From Eremomyces bilateralis CBS 781.70 (taxonomy: Eukaryota): DNA of 20,000 nucleotides. The stretch lies in assembly GCA_010015585.1 (NCBI GenBank), contig ML975176.1. The stretch is one strand, 5' to 3'. The notes beneath the pieces are model-generated. The model did no database searches, was not told where the DNA came from, and was given only the letters and a program-made list of their open reading frames with translations. Shown piece after piece: positions 19,917-20,000 of this stretch. The stretch's first letter is position 1. Every line of letters starts with the position of its first letter. Both the position numbers and the translations under genes were made by a program.

Positions 19917-20000
19917 ATGTCTGACAACACCATCAATCCCCGGGAGACAAGGGCCACTAGGGCTAGCAGGGCCCAAGCGGCCTCTGAAGACCTGTACGGT
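19917..20000 (+). CDS. Probable start of the gag ORF; runs off window end
   Basis: MSDNTINPRETRATRASRAQAASEDLYG, open to the edge. The assignment rests on position after the LTR and priming site only. Confidence 0.45.
   Translation, partial: MSDNTINPRETRATRASRAQAASEDLYG

Overview
Filamentous-ascomycete (fungal) genomic DNA, judged from short GT-AG introns with CTAAC/CTGAC branch sites and RIP-type nonsense mutations. The supplied ORF track is therefore fragmented. Left part (1-8.1 kb) is host-like: the 5' end of a D-2-hydroxyacid dehydrogenase (-), a divergent 3-exon BuGZ/ZNF207-like zinc-finger gene (+), a decayed acidic-repeat gene, solo LTRs and an intact acyl-CoA thioesterase II (-). Right part (8.6-20 kb) is a RIP-mutated transposon cluster. 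It holds a host membrane-protein gene fragment, a Crypton (tyrosine recombinase + GCR1_C, 750 aa once 1 intron is spliced and 3 RIP stops are reverted), a divergent orphan gene and an assembly gap. It ends in a three-level nest: a CACTA/Plavaka-like transposase cut by a Mutator element, itself cut by a Gypsy LTR element with a Tf1-type self-priming site. The most striking signal is in the Crypton region: 19 exact copies of the palindrome CGTACG in about 2.65 kb, in all three codon phases, the intron and the 3' flank, versus 1 copy found in the rest of the window. All counts and translations were done by hand.
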